From contig NC_083288.1 in NCBI RefSeq assembly GCF_963506605.1, positions 45,880,001-45,944,000 of the forward strand: 64,000 bases of DNA, read 5' to 3'. The notes below the pieces were generated by a model. That model worked only from the letters and a program-made list of their open reading frames with translations, had not been told where the DNA came from and ran no database searches. This DNA comes from Zootoca vivipara (Eukaryota). A program made the translations under genes and the position numbers. Positions 1 through 12,436 of the stretch are shown here, piece by piece (the first letter of the stretch is position 1; each line of letters begins with the position of its first letter).

Positions 1-1636
1 ACATCTGCAGCAACACCTGCGGAGGCTAGGCCACCATCACCACCGTCACCATCATCGGGGCAAAGGAATGTGGTATTCGAAGTGGAGGAAGGAGAAATGA
101 GGAAGGTGCTGAAGGGAATCAACTCAAGGAAGGCTACAGGGCCAGGTGGAGTAGCTGGAAGAGTCTTAAGAGACTGCGCAGACCAACTAGCAGGAGTCTT
201 CGCTGGGATCTTAAATCGATCCCTAGCCCAGGCTACTGTCCCATCTTGCCTGAAGTCCTCTATTATTGTTCCAGTACCAAAAAAATCCAATCCGGAGAAT
301 CCGAATGACTTTCGTCCAGTAGCACTTACACCCATAATTATGAAGTGCTTTGAAAAGCTGGTACGAAATTATGTCATTGCCTGCCTACCAGAGGGATTGG
401 ACACATTCCAATTTGCCTACAAAACGAAAAGATCAACAGAGGATGCCGTGGAAATTGCCCTCCAAGCTGTTCTTGCACATTTGGAGCAGCGGGGGAGCTA
501 CGCCAGACTGCTTTTTGTAGATTTCAGCTCGGCATTCAATACCATTCTACCGCGATGTTTGATAACTAAATTGGGAAATCTGGGGCTCCCGCTATCACTC
601 TGTGGGTGGATACTGGACTTTCTCTCAGATCGCTCCCAGAGGGTCCGGTTGGGCCCTTATATGTCTAACATGCTTAGGACTAACACAGGAACACCACAAG
701 GATGCGTGCTTAGTCCGCTCCTTTATACTCTTTATACGTATGATTGTGTCGCTGCCCACCCTAGAAACAGGGTTGTCAAATTTGCAGATGACACAACCGT
801 GATCGGGCTCATCTCTGATAAGGAGGGTGAAACTGAGTATAGAGATGAGGTGGAGCGGCTGACAGAGTGGTGCAGAGTCAACAACTTGCTCATAAATACA
901 AAGAAAACTAAGGAGCTTGTGGTGGACTTTAGGAGACAGAAGAACGAGGTCCAGCCACTTTTGATTGACGGAATTTGTGTGGAGAGGGTAACAACGTTTA
1001 GATTTCTAGGCATTGAGTTACAGGAGGATCTGTCCTGGAGTGTTAATACGAGGGGGCTTGTGAAGAAGGCGCAGCAGAGACTGTATTTTTTGAGAATTTT
1101 AAGGAAAAACCATCTTCCACAAAAGCTGCTGCTTGCCTTCTATCACTGTGCCATACAGAGCGTGCTCACGTACGGTTTATGTGTGTAGTACGGAAGCTGT
1201 ACTTCCCAGGACAAAGCAGGGCTGTGTAGAATTATTAAAACAGCAGAGAGCATTATTGGCTGCTCACTCACCACCTTAGAACAACTTTACACCACCAGGT
1301 GCCATAGAAAAGCACTAGATATATCAAGAGATCCAACGCACCCTGGTCACCATTTCTTTCAGCTCCTGCCATCGGGACGGAGATATAGAACAATGCAGGC
1401 AAGAACAAGCCGTCTCAGGAACAGTTTCTTCTCTAGAGCAATTTTGGCCTTAAATGGAAAGCCTGGACTTTGAAGTCATCTTATTTTACTTGTTATTTTG
1501 TATTATATTTACTGTTTTTAATTAGGTTTTTGTAATTTTGGATTATGCGGAATGCTTTATCTGAGTGGATGTAGCAACCGAGTAATTTCGTTGTTCCCGC
1601 AAGGGGACAATGACAATAAAGATATCTTATCTTATC
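1..1636 (+). mobile_element. Rex1/Babar-clade non-LTR retrotransposon, 3' part (RT domain), one nonsense mutation
   Basis: ORF 70-1188 has RT motifs KATGPGG, DFRPVALT, FVDFSSAFNT, GTPQGCVLSPLLY and KFADDTT. TAG at 1186-1188 (probably from TGG) is followed in frame by a Rex1-type C-terminus (DPTHPGHHFFQLLPSGRRYR...SRLRNSF) ending in TGA at 1471-1473. AATAAA and a (TATCT)n tail at 1615-1636. Confidence 0.88.
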
Positions 1637-1982
1637 TGAATTGACCATTAAAGGACAGAGTTTCTGCAGCTGATTCGGTAAAGGAGAAGCCTTGAAGAAA
1701 CTGGGGGAGCTATTTCCAAAATAAAAGGAAAGAAATCAATACAGAATATCTGAATGCTGAAGATTTCAGAATATGAAACAAAATATAGAACAAAATATAG
1801 AACATAGAATATAGAACAAAAAGTAAAGTATTTTCACCCTGTAGCAATCTGGGTGATTGGAATAAGCAAAGTTTGTTAAGAAGAAATTTCATGCCAAGGC
1901 TGCAGAGATCGAAATTTGATATTCCTACCAACAATATTTGATCTGCCTTTCTTTTCAGAAAAGTCAATAGCATGCAAAGCAA
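1637..1982 (-). pseudogene. V2R relic: 3' end of exon 3, intron 3 and 5' part of exon 4
   Basis: 1709->1640 reads LPQFLQGFSFTESAAETLSFNGQ (V2R-C exon 4 reads [23 protein letters not shown]). 1860-1982 aligns to the V2R-C exon 3 end (32140-32255). The donor is destroyed (GGCAT|GAAATT). Confidence 0.75.
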
Positions 1983-2084
1983 CTTGTCATCTAGTCCTAC
2001 CAAGTGTTTAATGCAGCAATGTTTGGGCAATATGAGGATACGTTTTTTAAAAAAAAGCCAGGATATGTATAGAGCTAAACAGCC

Positions 2085-2175
2085 ATGTAGTTTCCTACAG
2101 ATGCTGCTGGACTACAACTCCCATCATCGCTCATCCTTGACTGTAGGTAATGGGAGCTGGAGTTGAAAAACATTT
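2085..2175. mobile_element. Degenerate palindromic hAT-type MITE (same family as 21745-21880)
   Basis: ggactacaactcccatcatc...tgggagctggagt core shared with the copies at 21745, 38480 and 46565. Confidence 0.55.
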
Positions 2176-2628
2176 TGTGCTGTTTTTGTGATTCCCACCC
2201 CTTTGCCCCTTGTAATAATAATACTGGTATATATCACGTCTCCCCTTAATCTCCGTGTTAAGCATATCCAAATCTTCCAACTGTTGATATTTGATATTGA
2301 CCCATTTTTTGTAAGCTTGTTTTCTTCTCCTTCCTTACTTTATAATTCTGTCCCATTGTGCACTATGTTCCATTTTAGTGAACCTGATGCAAAAGCCAAC
2401 GAGCACAAAAACTCTGGCCAAACTAATTCTTATGATAATGTTCCTTGAATGAGATAGTTGAAATAAGCATTTCACAAGATTTCCTTAGCCAAAATCCGAG
2501 CATCAGCAGAAACTTTGCGAAGAGACATCGATATAATTGGAAGTGAATATCTACCAATATTCTAAATTACTCCTGAAACTCTTTTCCAACATGCATAACT
2601 GTATGATAGAATGAAAATATAAGATTCC

Positions 2629-3530
2629 TTAATACTTTCTCCTTATTAGTTTCTCCCTGCTATTCAGTTCTGGTCGCAACACAATGATGTAACATTTTGG
2701 GCAAAAGATACAACCCAGTAACCCAGCAGTGGAGGCCAAGATGGAGAAGATCTCCACAGCCACCATGCCTTTCCCTCTTGTGCTCAGGTAAGTTGGAATA
2801 AAGGACAACCAAACACTGCAAAATGCCAACATGCTGAAGGTGATGAATTTTGCTTCATTAAAACTGTCAGGTAGCTTGCGGGCAAGGAATGCCACCATGA
2901 AGCTGGTGATGGCCAGAAGACCCATGTAGCCTAAGACACAGTAGAACATGACGACTGACCCTTCATTACACTGTACAATGATTTCTTCATTCACTGAATG
3001 CATGTCTAAATCAGGGAATGGAGGATAGGTTGCCAACCACACAGTACAAATAGCTATCTGAACAAGCGAACAGCAAATTACAATTGAATAGGACACTTTC
3101 CTCCCCACCCATTTCTTCATTCTTGATCCTGGCTTTGTAGCCATGAATGCTAGAGAAACTATGGTGGTTTTGGCCAGCACACAAGAAACAGCCACTGAGA
3201 AGATGATGCCAAAAGCTGCTTGTTGAAGGAGGCAGATCACTTTCCCAGGATGGCCAAGGAATAACAAAGAAGAGAGAAAACAGAGCAGGAGGGAGATGAG
3301 GAGAGTGTAGGAGAGGTCCCTGTTGTTGGCTTTGACTATTGGGGTATCTCTGTGCTTAATAAACAATCCTAGCACCAGGGCTGTGGTCAGTGAAAAAGAA
3401 ACTGCAGCTGAGGCCAAAGTGACCCCTAGAGGTTCTGCATATGATAAAAAGGTTATAAGTTTGGGGATGCAACCATTTTTATTTTTGTTTGCATACTGGT
3501 CTTCTGGGCATTTGAAACAGTCATCCATAT
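2629..3530 (-). CDS. Vmn2r: V2R-A exon 6 (end of Cys-rich domain plus 7TM), open
   Basis: ORF 2629-3528, AG acceptor at 3531-3532, 902 nt, motifs [11 protein letters not shown] and [10 protein letters not shown]. Confidence 0.92.
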
Positions 3531-3637
3531 CTGGAAAATAGAGAAAGATTTAAATTCATTGTCAATTAATGTGACACAGGGGAAAACAAACAAATGAACA
3601 AAAACAACAACTCTGTGATTGCAAAAACATCACCCAC

Positions 3638-3764
3638 CAGTCTGGTTTGATATCTTCCCATCTAAGCATGGGACACAATCATAGCAACAAAACTTTTCCC
3701 CTTCCTTCATTTTCTTCTCATAACCAGGATGGCACTGTTCATTACACACCGAAAGAGGAAGCAC
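3638..3764 (-). CDS. Vmn2r: V2R-A exon 5 (nine-cysteine domain)
   Basis: 127 nt, [42 protein letters not shown], flanked by AG and GT. Confidence 0.9.
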
Positions 3765-4484
3765 CTAGCCATAAAACAGGGGCAAATTAGTATGAACATA
3801 CTTTTGGATATCTTTAACTCATCCTATTTACTTAATTAGTATATAAACTGTTGAAATAAATAAATAAACAATAGGGAATATTCAAAACAAGTTATTCTTC
3901 AGTTGTTCATATAGCCTAATATCAAAAGTTACAATATGAATGTTTATGTATTAGCAGAATAAATTATTTTATTTTTAAACCTTCTTGGACAATTGTAACA
4001 GTGGACGTGTTCATCTCAGATTGCCAGGGATGAAATTTGCTTCCCCTTGTGTCTTAAAGCCGAATATAGCTTCTCCACATTATATTTTATAGGAAATCAT
4101 CAAATGGCTAAAATCAGTGCTTTTTTCTTTAAAAAGTTGCTTAGGGATACTCTCATTTCCCTACTCATATTGAAATATGACCCCTAAATGAGGCCAAACC
4201 TGGATTCACTAAATATCTAGTGGCATGCATACTCCCACGTCCCCCAGGAAAATAGCAGAGGCTATAATATCTGAATTAGATAAAAAAATTCCTATGATGT
4301 CCTTACAGGGTGTTGGTTGTAAAATATTCCAAAAATGGCAGGGTGAGTAAGTAAATCAGAATGAATGAAATAAAATTTGAAGCAATTATTTTGCTCAGCA
4401 CCCAATGGCAATCTCTCAGAAAGATGGTATTGCTGGAGGGATATGTCAGAGGCAAAAGGAATTCAGCAAAGAGCAGTTTCCTAG

Positions 4485-4496
4485 TAGTAGTAGTAG

Positions 4497-4548
<52 letters not shown>

Positions 4549-4918
4549 TTATTATTTGTACTCCGCCAATCTGGCTGGGTTTCCCCAGCCACTCTGGGGA
4601 GCTTCCAACAAAAATTTAAAATACATTACAATGTCACACATTAAAAACTTCCCTGAACAGGGCTGCCTTCAGATGTCTTCTAAATGTCAGGTAGTTATCT
4701 ATCTCTTTGACTACTGATGGGAGGGCGTTCCACAGGGTGGGTGCCACTACCGAGAAGGCCCTCTGCCTGGTTCCCTGTAGCTTTGCTTCTCACAGTGAGG
4801 GAACCGCCAGAAGGCCCTCGCCGATGGACCTCAGTGTTGAGCAGAATGATGGGGATGGAGATGCTCCTTCAGGTATACAGGGCCGAGGACGTTTAGGACT
4901 TTAAAGGTCAGCACCAAC
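4485..4918 (-). mobile_element. 5'-truncated L2 LINE 3' end with (AAT)n/(AGT)n tail in V2R-A intron 4
   Basis: Matches the reverse complement of the L2 3' end at 60320-60763. Absent at the paralogous site in V2R-B (13515-13530). Confidence 0.85.
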
Positions 4919-5289
4919 ACCACCTTATCTATCTCCAGCACTGAAAACTGTAAAAAGATCTATGAACCACTGCCAGCAGCAGACTCTTTGAAATCAGAGT
5001 GCTAGTGATAACGTATTACTTCAGGAAAGCAAATGTGAAGAAGCAAACCTCAGAGTTGATAAACAATGTATAGAACATTTGACAGAGTTTTCAATTTAAG
5101 AATAAACAGAATCCATGCCTCATTAAAAGCTCTAGGCCACACAATTCTATCTTCATCGACGGTGAATCGGTTTCCTTCATGGGCACTGGGATCAACCCTC
5201 CCAACTTTCACTTTCTGGAATGAGTTATTTGGCAAGATGACCAGATTCATGATGTCAAATCCACCTCTCATTTCCTGTTTTTCGTTAAA

Positions 5290-5290
<1 letters not shown>

Positions 5291-5336
<46 letters not shown>

Positions 5337-6097
5337 TTATTTATACCCCGCCCATCTGGCCGGGTTCCCCCAGCCACTCTGGGCGGCTTCCAAAAAAACA
5401 GAAATTCTAAAATACAGAAATCCATCAAACATTAAAAGCTTCCCTAAACAGGGCTGCCTTGAGATGCCTTCTAAAGGTCTGGTAAATGTTCTCTTTGACC
5501 TCTAGTGGGAGGGCATTCCACAGGGTGGGTGCCACTACCGAGAAGGCCCTCTGCCTGGTTCCCTGTAACTTGGCTTCTCGTAATGAGGGAACCGCCAGAA
5601 GGCCCTCGGAGCTGGACCTCAGTGTCTGGGCAGAACGATGGGGGTGGAGACGCTCCTTCAGGTATACCGGACCGAGGCCGTTTAGGGCTTTAAAGGTCAA
5701 CTCCAACACTTTGAATTGTGCTCGGAAACGTACTGGGAGCCAATGTAGGTCTTTTAGGACCGGTGTTATGTGATCTCGGCGGCCACTCCCAGTCACCAGT
5801 CTAGCTGCCGCATTCTGGATTAGTTGTAGTTTCCGGGTCACCTTCAAAGGTAGCCCCACGTAGAGCGCATTGCAGTAGTCCAAGCAAGAGATAACTAGAG
5901 CATGCACCACTCTGGAGAGACAGTCAGTGGGCAGGTAGGGACTCAGCCTGCGTACCAGATGGAGCTGATAAATAGCTGCCCTGGACACGGAGTTGACCTG
6001 TGCCTCCATGGACAGCTGTGAGTCTAAAATGACTCCCAGGCTGCGCACCTGGTCTTTCAGGGGCACAGTTACCCCATTCAGGACCAGAGAGTCCTCC
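5291..6097 (-). mobile_element. 5'-truncated L2 LINE inserted in V2R-A exon 4
   Basis: ORF 5425-6099 is nearly identical to the C-terminus of ORF 57461-60604. (AAT)n tail at 5291-5336. The two flanks are the halves of exon 4. Confidence 0.93.
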
Positions 6098-6333
6098 ACA
6101 CAGTTTCTCCAGCTGAGTTGTTAAATGAAATGCCTCGAAGAAACGAGTGGAGCTAATTGAAAAAAGATGTTTGGGGGGGGGGATCACGGATAACAACACT
6201 TTGCAAAACGCAAGCTTCAGCTATAGAAAGAAATATGAACCCAATATTTGCATTAATGACATAAAGAGAAACCTGAATGTAGCTTCACATTATACTACAC
6301 TGTATATTAAAATACTTTCTGGTAAGACATTAC

Positions 6334-7200
6334 CTGCCAAGGTTGCAGGTTCTGAAGTTCAGTATTGTCACCAACCAACATTGTCCTATGCTTGGATGTA
6401 GATGAGTACATGGCATGCAAAGCATGAGCCAAAGCATAGACAGCAATATAAATGCTGTAGCTGTGGCCACTCATGTGCATTTCAAAAAGTCCAGCAGGGA
6501 GACTTTCCAGCCTCTCCTCTCCAGTACAAGTGTCATCATCCATTAGAGGCACCCCTGCTGGATCTGGCAAGAAACAGTCAAAGGCTTGCTCCCAGAAATC
6601 TTTTAGAAACCCATTTCCTTGAGTCCAATTTGGCTTAATGATTTGAAGAAATTCTCTGAAACCTGGTACCTCTTTTGTGTGAATTGTGAAGGAAATGGCA
6701 CCCTGGAACATCTGAAAACCCCATCCTCTTGCAGCACCCGTTAATATAAAATCCATCTGCATTGTCGTGAGCCACACCTTTCCAGATAATGGGTTTTCCT
6801 TATTTCCTGAATCTTGTGAACATATATACGTTCTCAGCCACAAAATTATTAACGATTCACCATACGTGATAATGGTACCAGCTTTATGATCTTGGAAAGA
6901 TATATCAACTGGACTTGCATCATTAAACTGATTTACGAATTCCTCCATATGAACTTCTTGTGGGATTCTTTTGGTGAAGGCTGAACAGATTCCATTTCTG
7001 AAAAACAATGGCTCCAGTTTTCTTAGGAATTGCTCTCCACTGTTATCATCCACAACAAAGAGGCCAACCCAGGTCCACCTAAAATGCTGAAGAAGCCATA
7101 TAATCCCCATATACTGAAGGTTTTCATTTGGAACCATGCAATAAAAGGGAGGAGCACCCATTGTTTGGATCTCACCTGGTGCAAATGAACCATATATAAG
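6334..7200 (-). CDS. Vmn2r: V2R-A exon 3 (Venus flytrap domain), open
   Basis: 867 nt, from LIYGSF through HFRWTWVGL to NLQPWQ, flanked by AG and GT. Confidence 0.9.
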
Positions 7201-7439
7201 CTGTAAGAAAATGTGCAGAGACCACAGAGATTCATTAATACCCATCTATTTATTCCAGAAGTCTGTGGCTGGGAGTGGGTTTGTGCAATGAATATTTTTT
7301 TAAACATTTCTAAATCTATCTTGAATTATAGGTATATTATTATGTTCCCAAGATTTTACTACTTGTCATCAATATTACTTCCTTCTTTGGAACTTCAAAG
7401 TTGATTAATAAATGATTTTCCAACATCCACAGATATTAC

Positions 7440-7720
7440 CTGTGGAATTTTGTAGAGGCCAATGATGTCCCTCATAAGGACAGAGGTGTCAGAGCCAAGT
7501 CCTCCAATAATGCCAAGAAGGGTTTTCTGTTTGCCACATTTGTAGTTGGGGAGAGATGTATGTGACTTCGAAATCAGGTCCAGTGTCGTCCGATAGGTCA
7601 TCCTTGCACTGTCATAACTGTCAGAGATGTGGAAAGTGAGGGTGACATTGGGCAGGATATTGGCATTCTTGTTGATCTCGTTTACAGTGAATGCCAAAGC
7701 CAGGCTGTGTTGGTAGAACA
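7440..7720 (-). pseudogene. Vmn2r: V2R-A exon 2 with an 11-bp deletion
   Basis: Runs from [18 protein letters not shown] to YKIPQ. Lacks ttggttatgac, which is present in B at 17479-17489. Confidence 0.85.
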
Positions 7721-8392
7721 CTGCCAAGAGAGTTTATTTTATTATCTCAGAAGATGTGTCCATAATGCACAAATGTGTTATGCTACAAACCCAGAAATAT
7801 CTACGTGCAAGTGAGTTAGAATTTTGCAATACCCTTTCTATTTCTTTCCGATGCACCACAATTTACTCTTTGAGAGCTCATCAGCAAAATGAAGCAATAC
7901 CCTTTTCTTTTCTCTGTCAAATACACTGTGTATTTAACCTCTAATTTAAATAATCTTTATTAAAATATGTGTTGTGGCAATTACATTTGTTTTCACAAAG
8001 AAGAAAAAGTACTGGATTGAAAAAGACTATAGTTCCCATTATAACCACCATGCCATCCCAAGTTACATTAGTCAGTTCTTTTATATCTCCACTTTTGGAG
8101 ATTTATTTTTGTGCGTGTGCTCATTGTGTGAGTGCACACAAAATGTTGTGCTGGATTTGATATGTACATTTCCCATGTGTATCTTGAAGCCTTGCAGTAT
8201 TCAAGATCAAGATCAAACCTTCTCCTTATTATTTTTAATGCTCCCTACTTGTCCTTCCTGATGACTTTCCTATACCAATACCCTGATTTCCCAATCTAAA
8301 AGCTTTCATTTTGGAAGGAGGATATCCACATATGCTCTTGATAATTATAAGGTATACAGATTAGAAAATACAGATGGAGTGGGGATCCTTAC

Positions 8393-8607
8393 TGTGGAAC
8401 ATCAAACAGGTTCTGAGAAGGGTGTTCCTCAAAAGTAACCGGGTTAACTATATAAGAGATCTGAGAAGCAATTCCACCAATGAGGAGGCAACCTAGCTGG
8501 TACCATTCATGTGGAACAGAGAGGGGATCACCTGTGTGACATTTCATAGTTTCCTCTTGGGACACAACAGGAGACAGGAGGAGCATCAACATTGCTATTT
8601 CTAACAT
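8393..8607 (-). CDS. Vmn2r: V2R-A exon 1 (signal peptide)
   Basis: ATG at 8607, hydrophobic leader, [14 protein letters not shown], phase-2 GT donor. Confidence 0.88.
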
Positions 8608-8726
8608 GTTGGCAGGAAAGAGTTTCTGACTCTATAAGTTCCCTAATTTGTAACTTGCATCTGATGTGAGATTGCCAATCCTAGAAGTCCAAGATTCAGA
8701 AAGGAGAAAATGTCATAGATGGACCT

Positions 8727-8945
8727 GCTGCCTCTTGTACTTAATTATAGCCTAATGCCACCAGGGTTGATTTATAACTACTTCCAGGCACCCTTACTGA
8801 TTGTTTTCTCCTGCCTTCTAGAAAGCGGCAGAAGCTTCAGGAAGGTGATCAAATTATAATTATTTGGATAATTGCAGAGGGAAATAATTGCCCCTTCAAA
8901 GTGTTGATACTGACTGACAAAGCTTTGAAACTGGGTAGGAAAAAA
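8727..8945 (-). promoter_or_regulatory. Putative V2R-A promoter (TATAAAT 8770-8776; TTGGATAATTGCAG 8864-8877)
   Basis: The motifs recur upstream of all four exon-1s in the window. Confidence 0.55.
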
Positions 8946-9016
8946 GTTGGTTCATCTTTATGGAACAGTCCACAAGTCTTCTCTATTCCCAAGAGCAGGT
9001 GCATTAATAATTTGGC

Positions 9017-9149
9017 CCTTAGCTGATGCATGAAGATAAATGGACGTATCAGATGTGTATAATAGAGAAATATACTAGGTGTAGTACGTTCGCATAAGTT
9101 TAAAAATACATTAGAGATTGGCAGTAAGGAAAATACGAAAGGAAAAGGA

Positions 9150-9192
<43 letters not shown>

Positions 9193-9564
9193 CCTTTGTT
9201 TTTCTTTCAACATCTTTAGTTTTAATGACTTTTATTGAATTCTCTCTCCAGGCTTTAGAGTTGTTATATATAATTGACATATATAATGTATAATATGAAA
9301 AAAGGAACGAGGGTGACAGGAGGGAGGGAGAGAAGATGGTAGGGAAAATGGTAGGAAAGAAGGGTGGAGAGGGGTGGGAGCAGGGAGGGGGGAGGGGGGA
9401 GGGGGCTTTTATCTACATAGATATAGGAAATGGGTATGACTTGTTAGATTTGAAGTATTTGAGTTGTACCATTGCTTTATGTGCTTTTGTTTTATGTAAA
9501 GTTTTAAATTGATCAATAAACTTGTTTTTTAAAACTTAAATAATAATAATAATAAAAATAATAA
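9017..9564 (+). mobile_element. 5'-truncated non-LTR (L1-like 3'UTR) insertion with internal (CA)n
   Basis: 12-bp TSD taataatttggc at 9005-9016 and 9565-9576. AATAAA and an A/AAT-rich tail. Empty site in the paralogous unit at 19159-19170. Confidence 0.7.
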
Positions 9565-10367
9565 TAATAATTTGGCACTTTGTTGTTGGACAAGAACTTC
9601 CATCAATTTCTCCCAGCATAACCAAAGATTCAATGACATGTAAATGTGCACAAATATCCCTTCTCTTACATGAAGCCATGAGAAAGTAATCCTGATCTCT
9701 CTGAAAAAACAAATTAATTCCAGAGAGTGACACTCTCTGGTAAAGCCAGTAATTTGTCTGAGTAACCCAGCAATGACAGTCCTGGAATGAAGGTGGCTGT
9801 GTCTTAGAATTAGAGTTTCATCTTTCCCATCTGCCAATCACTTGCCAGCAGGTGATTTTGCTACCATGTCTTACTAACAAACCATAGGGGTGAAAGAATA
9901 GGGCTTTAGAAATGCTAATGATTGGTTTCTGGATGGTGTCTGCCATCCCTGCTTTCTTTGTTTGCGTGAGTAAGGACTACAAATTAACACAGACCGTGAG
10001 TGGGTTATATACACTTTGGATAGTACTGACAATTATTGCTTTGCTTTCCACTCTAATAGCTAGTTGGTGCAATAAGAATATAAAGATCATGTCCATATCA
10101 AATGATCAATCAACAGACAGATTGACAAAAAGATATTTATTGTGTTAATGGAAAGCACCATTAAGAAGAAAAGAAGTCAATAATAGCCACTGCCATGGCT
10201 CAATATCTATATGCCCCTTCCCCATAAGCTCTGAAATCCCCCACTTAAATTCTCATAAATGGGATGAGGACACTGTCGATCACAACAGCAGAAAGCTTGG
10301 AATTAAGAAGAGGGAGGTAGTGCTTTATTTAATCTTCAATAGTGTTTAGGAGTTCTGCGTGCTGTGC

Positions 10368-10508
10368 AGTGCTTTTTTCTCTGGGGTACCCAAGGGTACT
10401 CAGTACCAGCTTCTTCTTTTTCCCCCAAATGTTAAAAGTGTGGCATTTACTGTAACAGCATCATAGAGATTGCTGGCCCCTTTTTCTCCTTAAAAACAAA
10501 AACACTGG
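10368..10508. mobile_element. Non-autonomous DNA element with CAGTGCTTTTT-type TIRs (paralogous copy at 28804-28946)
   Basis: cagtgctttttt...aaaaacactg termini. Related copies near 4116, 12973 and 35652. Confidence 0.55.
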
Positions 10509-10616
10509 TATTGTTGAACTACTTGTATACACTTATCCAGTTCAACGTTCAACATATAACAAGAGTATAATTATCCATTCAAATGATGTGATCATATAAT
10601 ATTTAAGTTCAAAGGG

Positions 10617-10619
<3 letters not shown>

Positions 10620-10648
<29 letters not shown>
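10620..10648. repeat. (GA)n microsatellite (paralogous copy at 29068-29102)
   Basis: Read directly from the sequence. Confidence 0.9.
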
Positions 10649-10653
<5 letters not shown>

Positions 10654-11095
10654 TTAAGTGAATGGAGGGTGAAAAGGAGGTCCAATGCACCTTCAGCAAC
10701 TGTTGAATCTCTTAGCAAAACACAGTGACTTTTTTTGAGATCACACTAATATTCTGGAAGAGTTCAGCTGAAGCTTTGTCCGCTGATTGGTTGGCTAAGC
10801 TCTAGTCCCCATCATAACTGATTGCCTTTTGGCCACTGTGGCCCATTCTCAAATATTTTCCATTTTAGTGAACCTGATGCACATGACAGTGATCACCAGA
10901 ACTCTGCTCAAACTACTCTTTATTAAAAAATTTCCTTGAATGAGATAAATGAAAAAACAAAAACAAAACACACCATTAACCAATGTGTACTTCTGCAAAA
11001 TCTGAGCATCATCAGAAATTTTTCAAAGTGACATCAATATAATTGGAAGTGAATATCTAGCAATATTCTGACATGCTCCTAAAGCTCTTCTCCAA

Positions 11096-11500
11096 GTGAG
11101 AGCTGGACCATAAAGAAGGCTGATCGCCGTAGAATTGATGCTTTTGAATTATAGTGCTGGAGGAGACTCTTGAGAGTCCCATGGACTGCAAGAAGATCAA
11201 ACCTATCCATTTTGAAGGAAATCAGCCCTGAGTGCTCACTGGAAGGACAGATCCTGAAGCTGAGGCTCCAATACTTTGGCCACCTCATGAGAAGAGAAGA
11301 CTCCTTGGAAAAGACCCTGATGTTGTGAAAGACTGAGGGCACTAGGAGAAGGGGACGACAGAGGATGAGATGGTTGGACAGTTCTCGAAGCTACGAACAT
11401 GAGTCTGACCAAACTGTGGGAGGCTGTGGAAGACAGGAGTGCCTGGCATGCTCTGGTCCATGGGGTCACGACTAGTCGGACACGACTAAACAACAACAAA
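11096..11500 (+). mobile_element. 5'-truncated RTE-BovB just downstream of the V2R-B stop codon
   Basis: Matches the BovB 3' end (ESWTIKKADRRRIDAFEL...) with a (CAA)n tail. Absent from the V2R-A flank (2580-2600). Confidence 0.88.
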
Positions 11501-11534
11501 TAACTGGATGGATAGAATGAAAATATAAGACTCC

Positions 11535-12436
11535 TTAATAATGTCTCCTTATTAGTTTCTCCCTGCTATTCAGTTCTGGCCGCAACACAATGATGTAACA
11601 TTTCGGGCAAAAGATACAACCCATTAACCCAGCAGTGGAGGCCAAGATGGAGAAGATCTCCACAGCCACCATGCCTTTCCCTCTTGTGCTCAGATAAGTC
11701 GGAATAAAGGACAACCAAACACTGCAAAATGCCAACATGCTGAAGGTGATGAATTTTGCTTCATTAAAACTGTCAGGTAACTTGCGAGCAAGGAATGCCA
11801 CAATGAAGCTGGTGATGGCCAGAAGACCCATGTAGCCTAAGACACAGTAGAACATGATGACTGATCCTTCATTACACTGTAGAATGATTTCTTCATTCAC
11901 TGAATGCATGTCTAAATCAGGGAATGGGGAAGCGGTTGCCAGCCACACAGTACAAATAGCTATCTGAACAAGTGAACAACAAATTACAATTGAATAGGAC
12001 ACTTTCCTCCCCACCCATTTCTTCAGTCTTGATCCTGGCTTTGTAGCCATGAATGCTAGAGAAACTATGGTGGTTTTGGCCAGCACGCAAGAAACAGCCA
12101 CTGAGAAGATGATGCCAAAAGCTGCTTGTTGAAGGAGGCAGATCACTTTCCCAGGATGGCCAAGGAATAATAAAGAGGAGAGAAAACAGAGCAGGAGGGA
12201 GACAAGGAGAGTGTAGGAGAGGTCTCTGTTGTTGGCTTTGACTATTGGGGTATCTCTGTGCTTAATAAACAATCCTAGCACCAGGGCTGTGGTCAGTGAA
12301 AAAGAAACTGCAGCTGAGGCCAAAGTGACCCCTAGAGGTTCTGCATATGATAAAAAGGTTATAACTTTAGGGATGCAACCATTTTTATTTTTGTTTGCAT
12401 ACTGGTCTTCTGGGCATTTGAAACAGTCATCCATAT
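11535..12436 (-). CDS. Vmn2r: V2R-B exon 6 (7TM)
   Basis: ORF 11535-12434, 902 nt. Confidence 0.92.

Larger units (their letters stand above)
2629..8607 (-). pseudogene. Vmn2r: V2R-A, vomeronasal type-2 receptor pseudogene (6 exons)
   Basis: Exons 8393-8607, 7440-7720 (281 nt vs 292 in paralogs, so frameshifted), 6334-7200, exon 4 split into 6098-6152 and 5119-5290 by an L2, 3638-3764 and 2629-3530. Venus flytrap, Cys-rich and 7TM ([16 protein letters not shown]) motifs are present. Confidence 0.9.
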
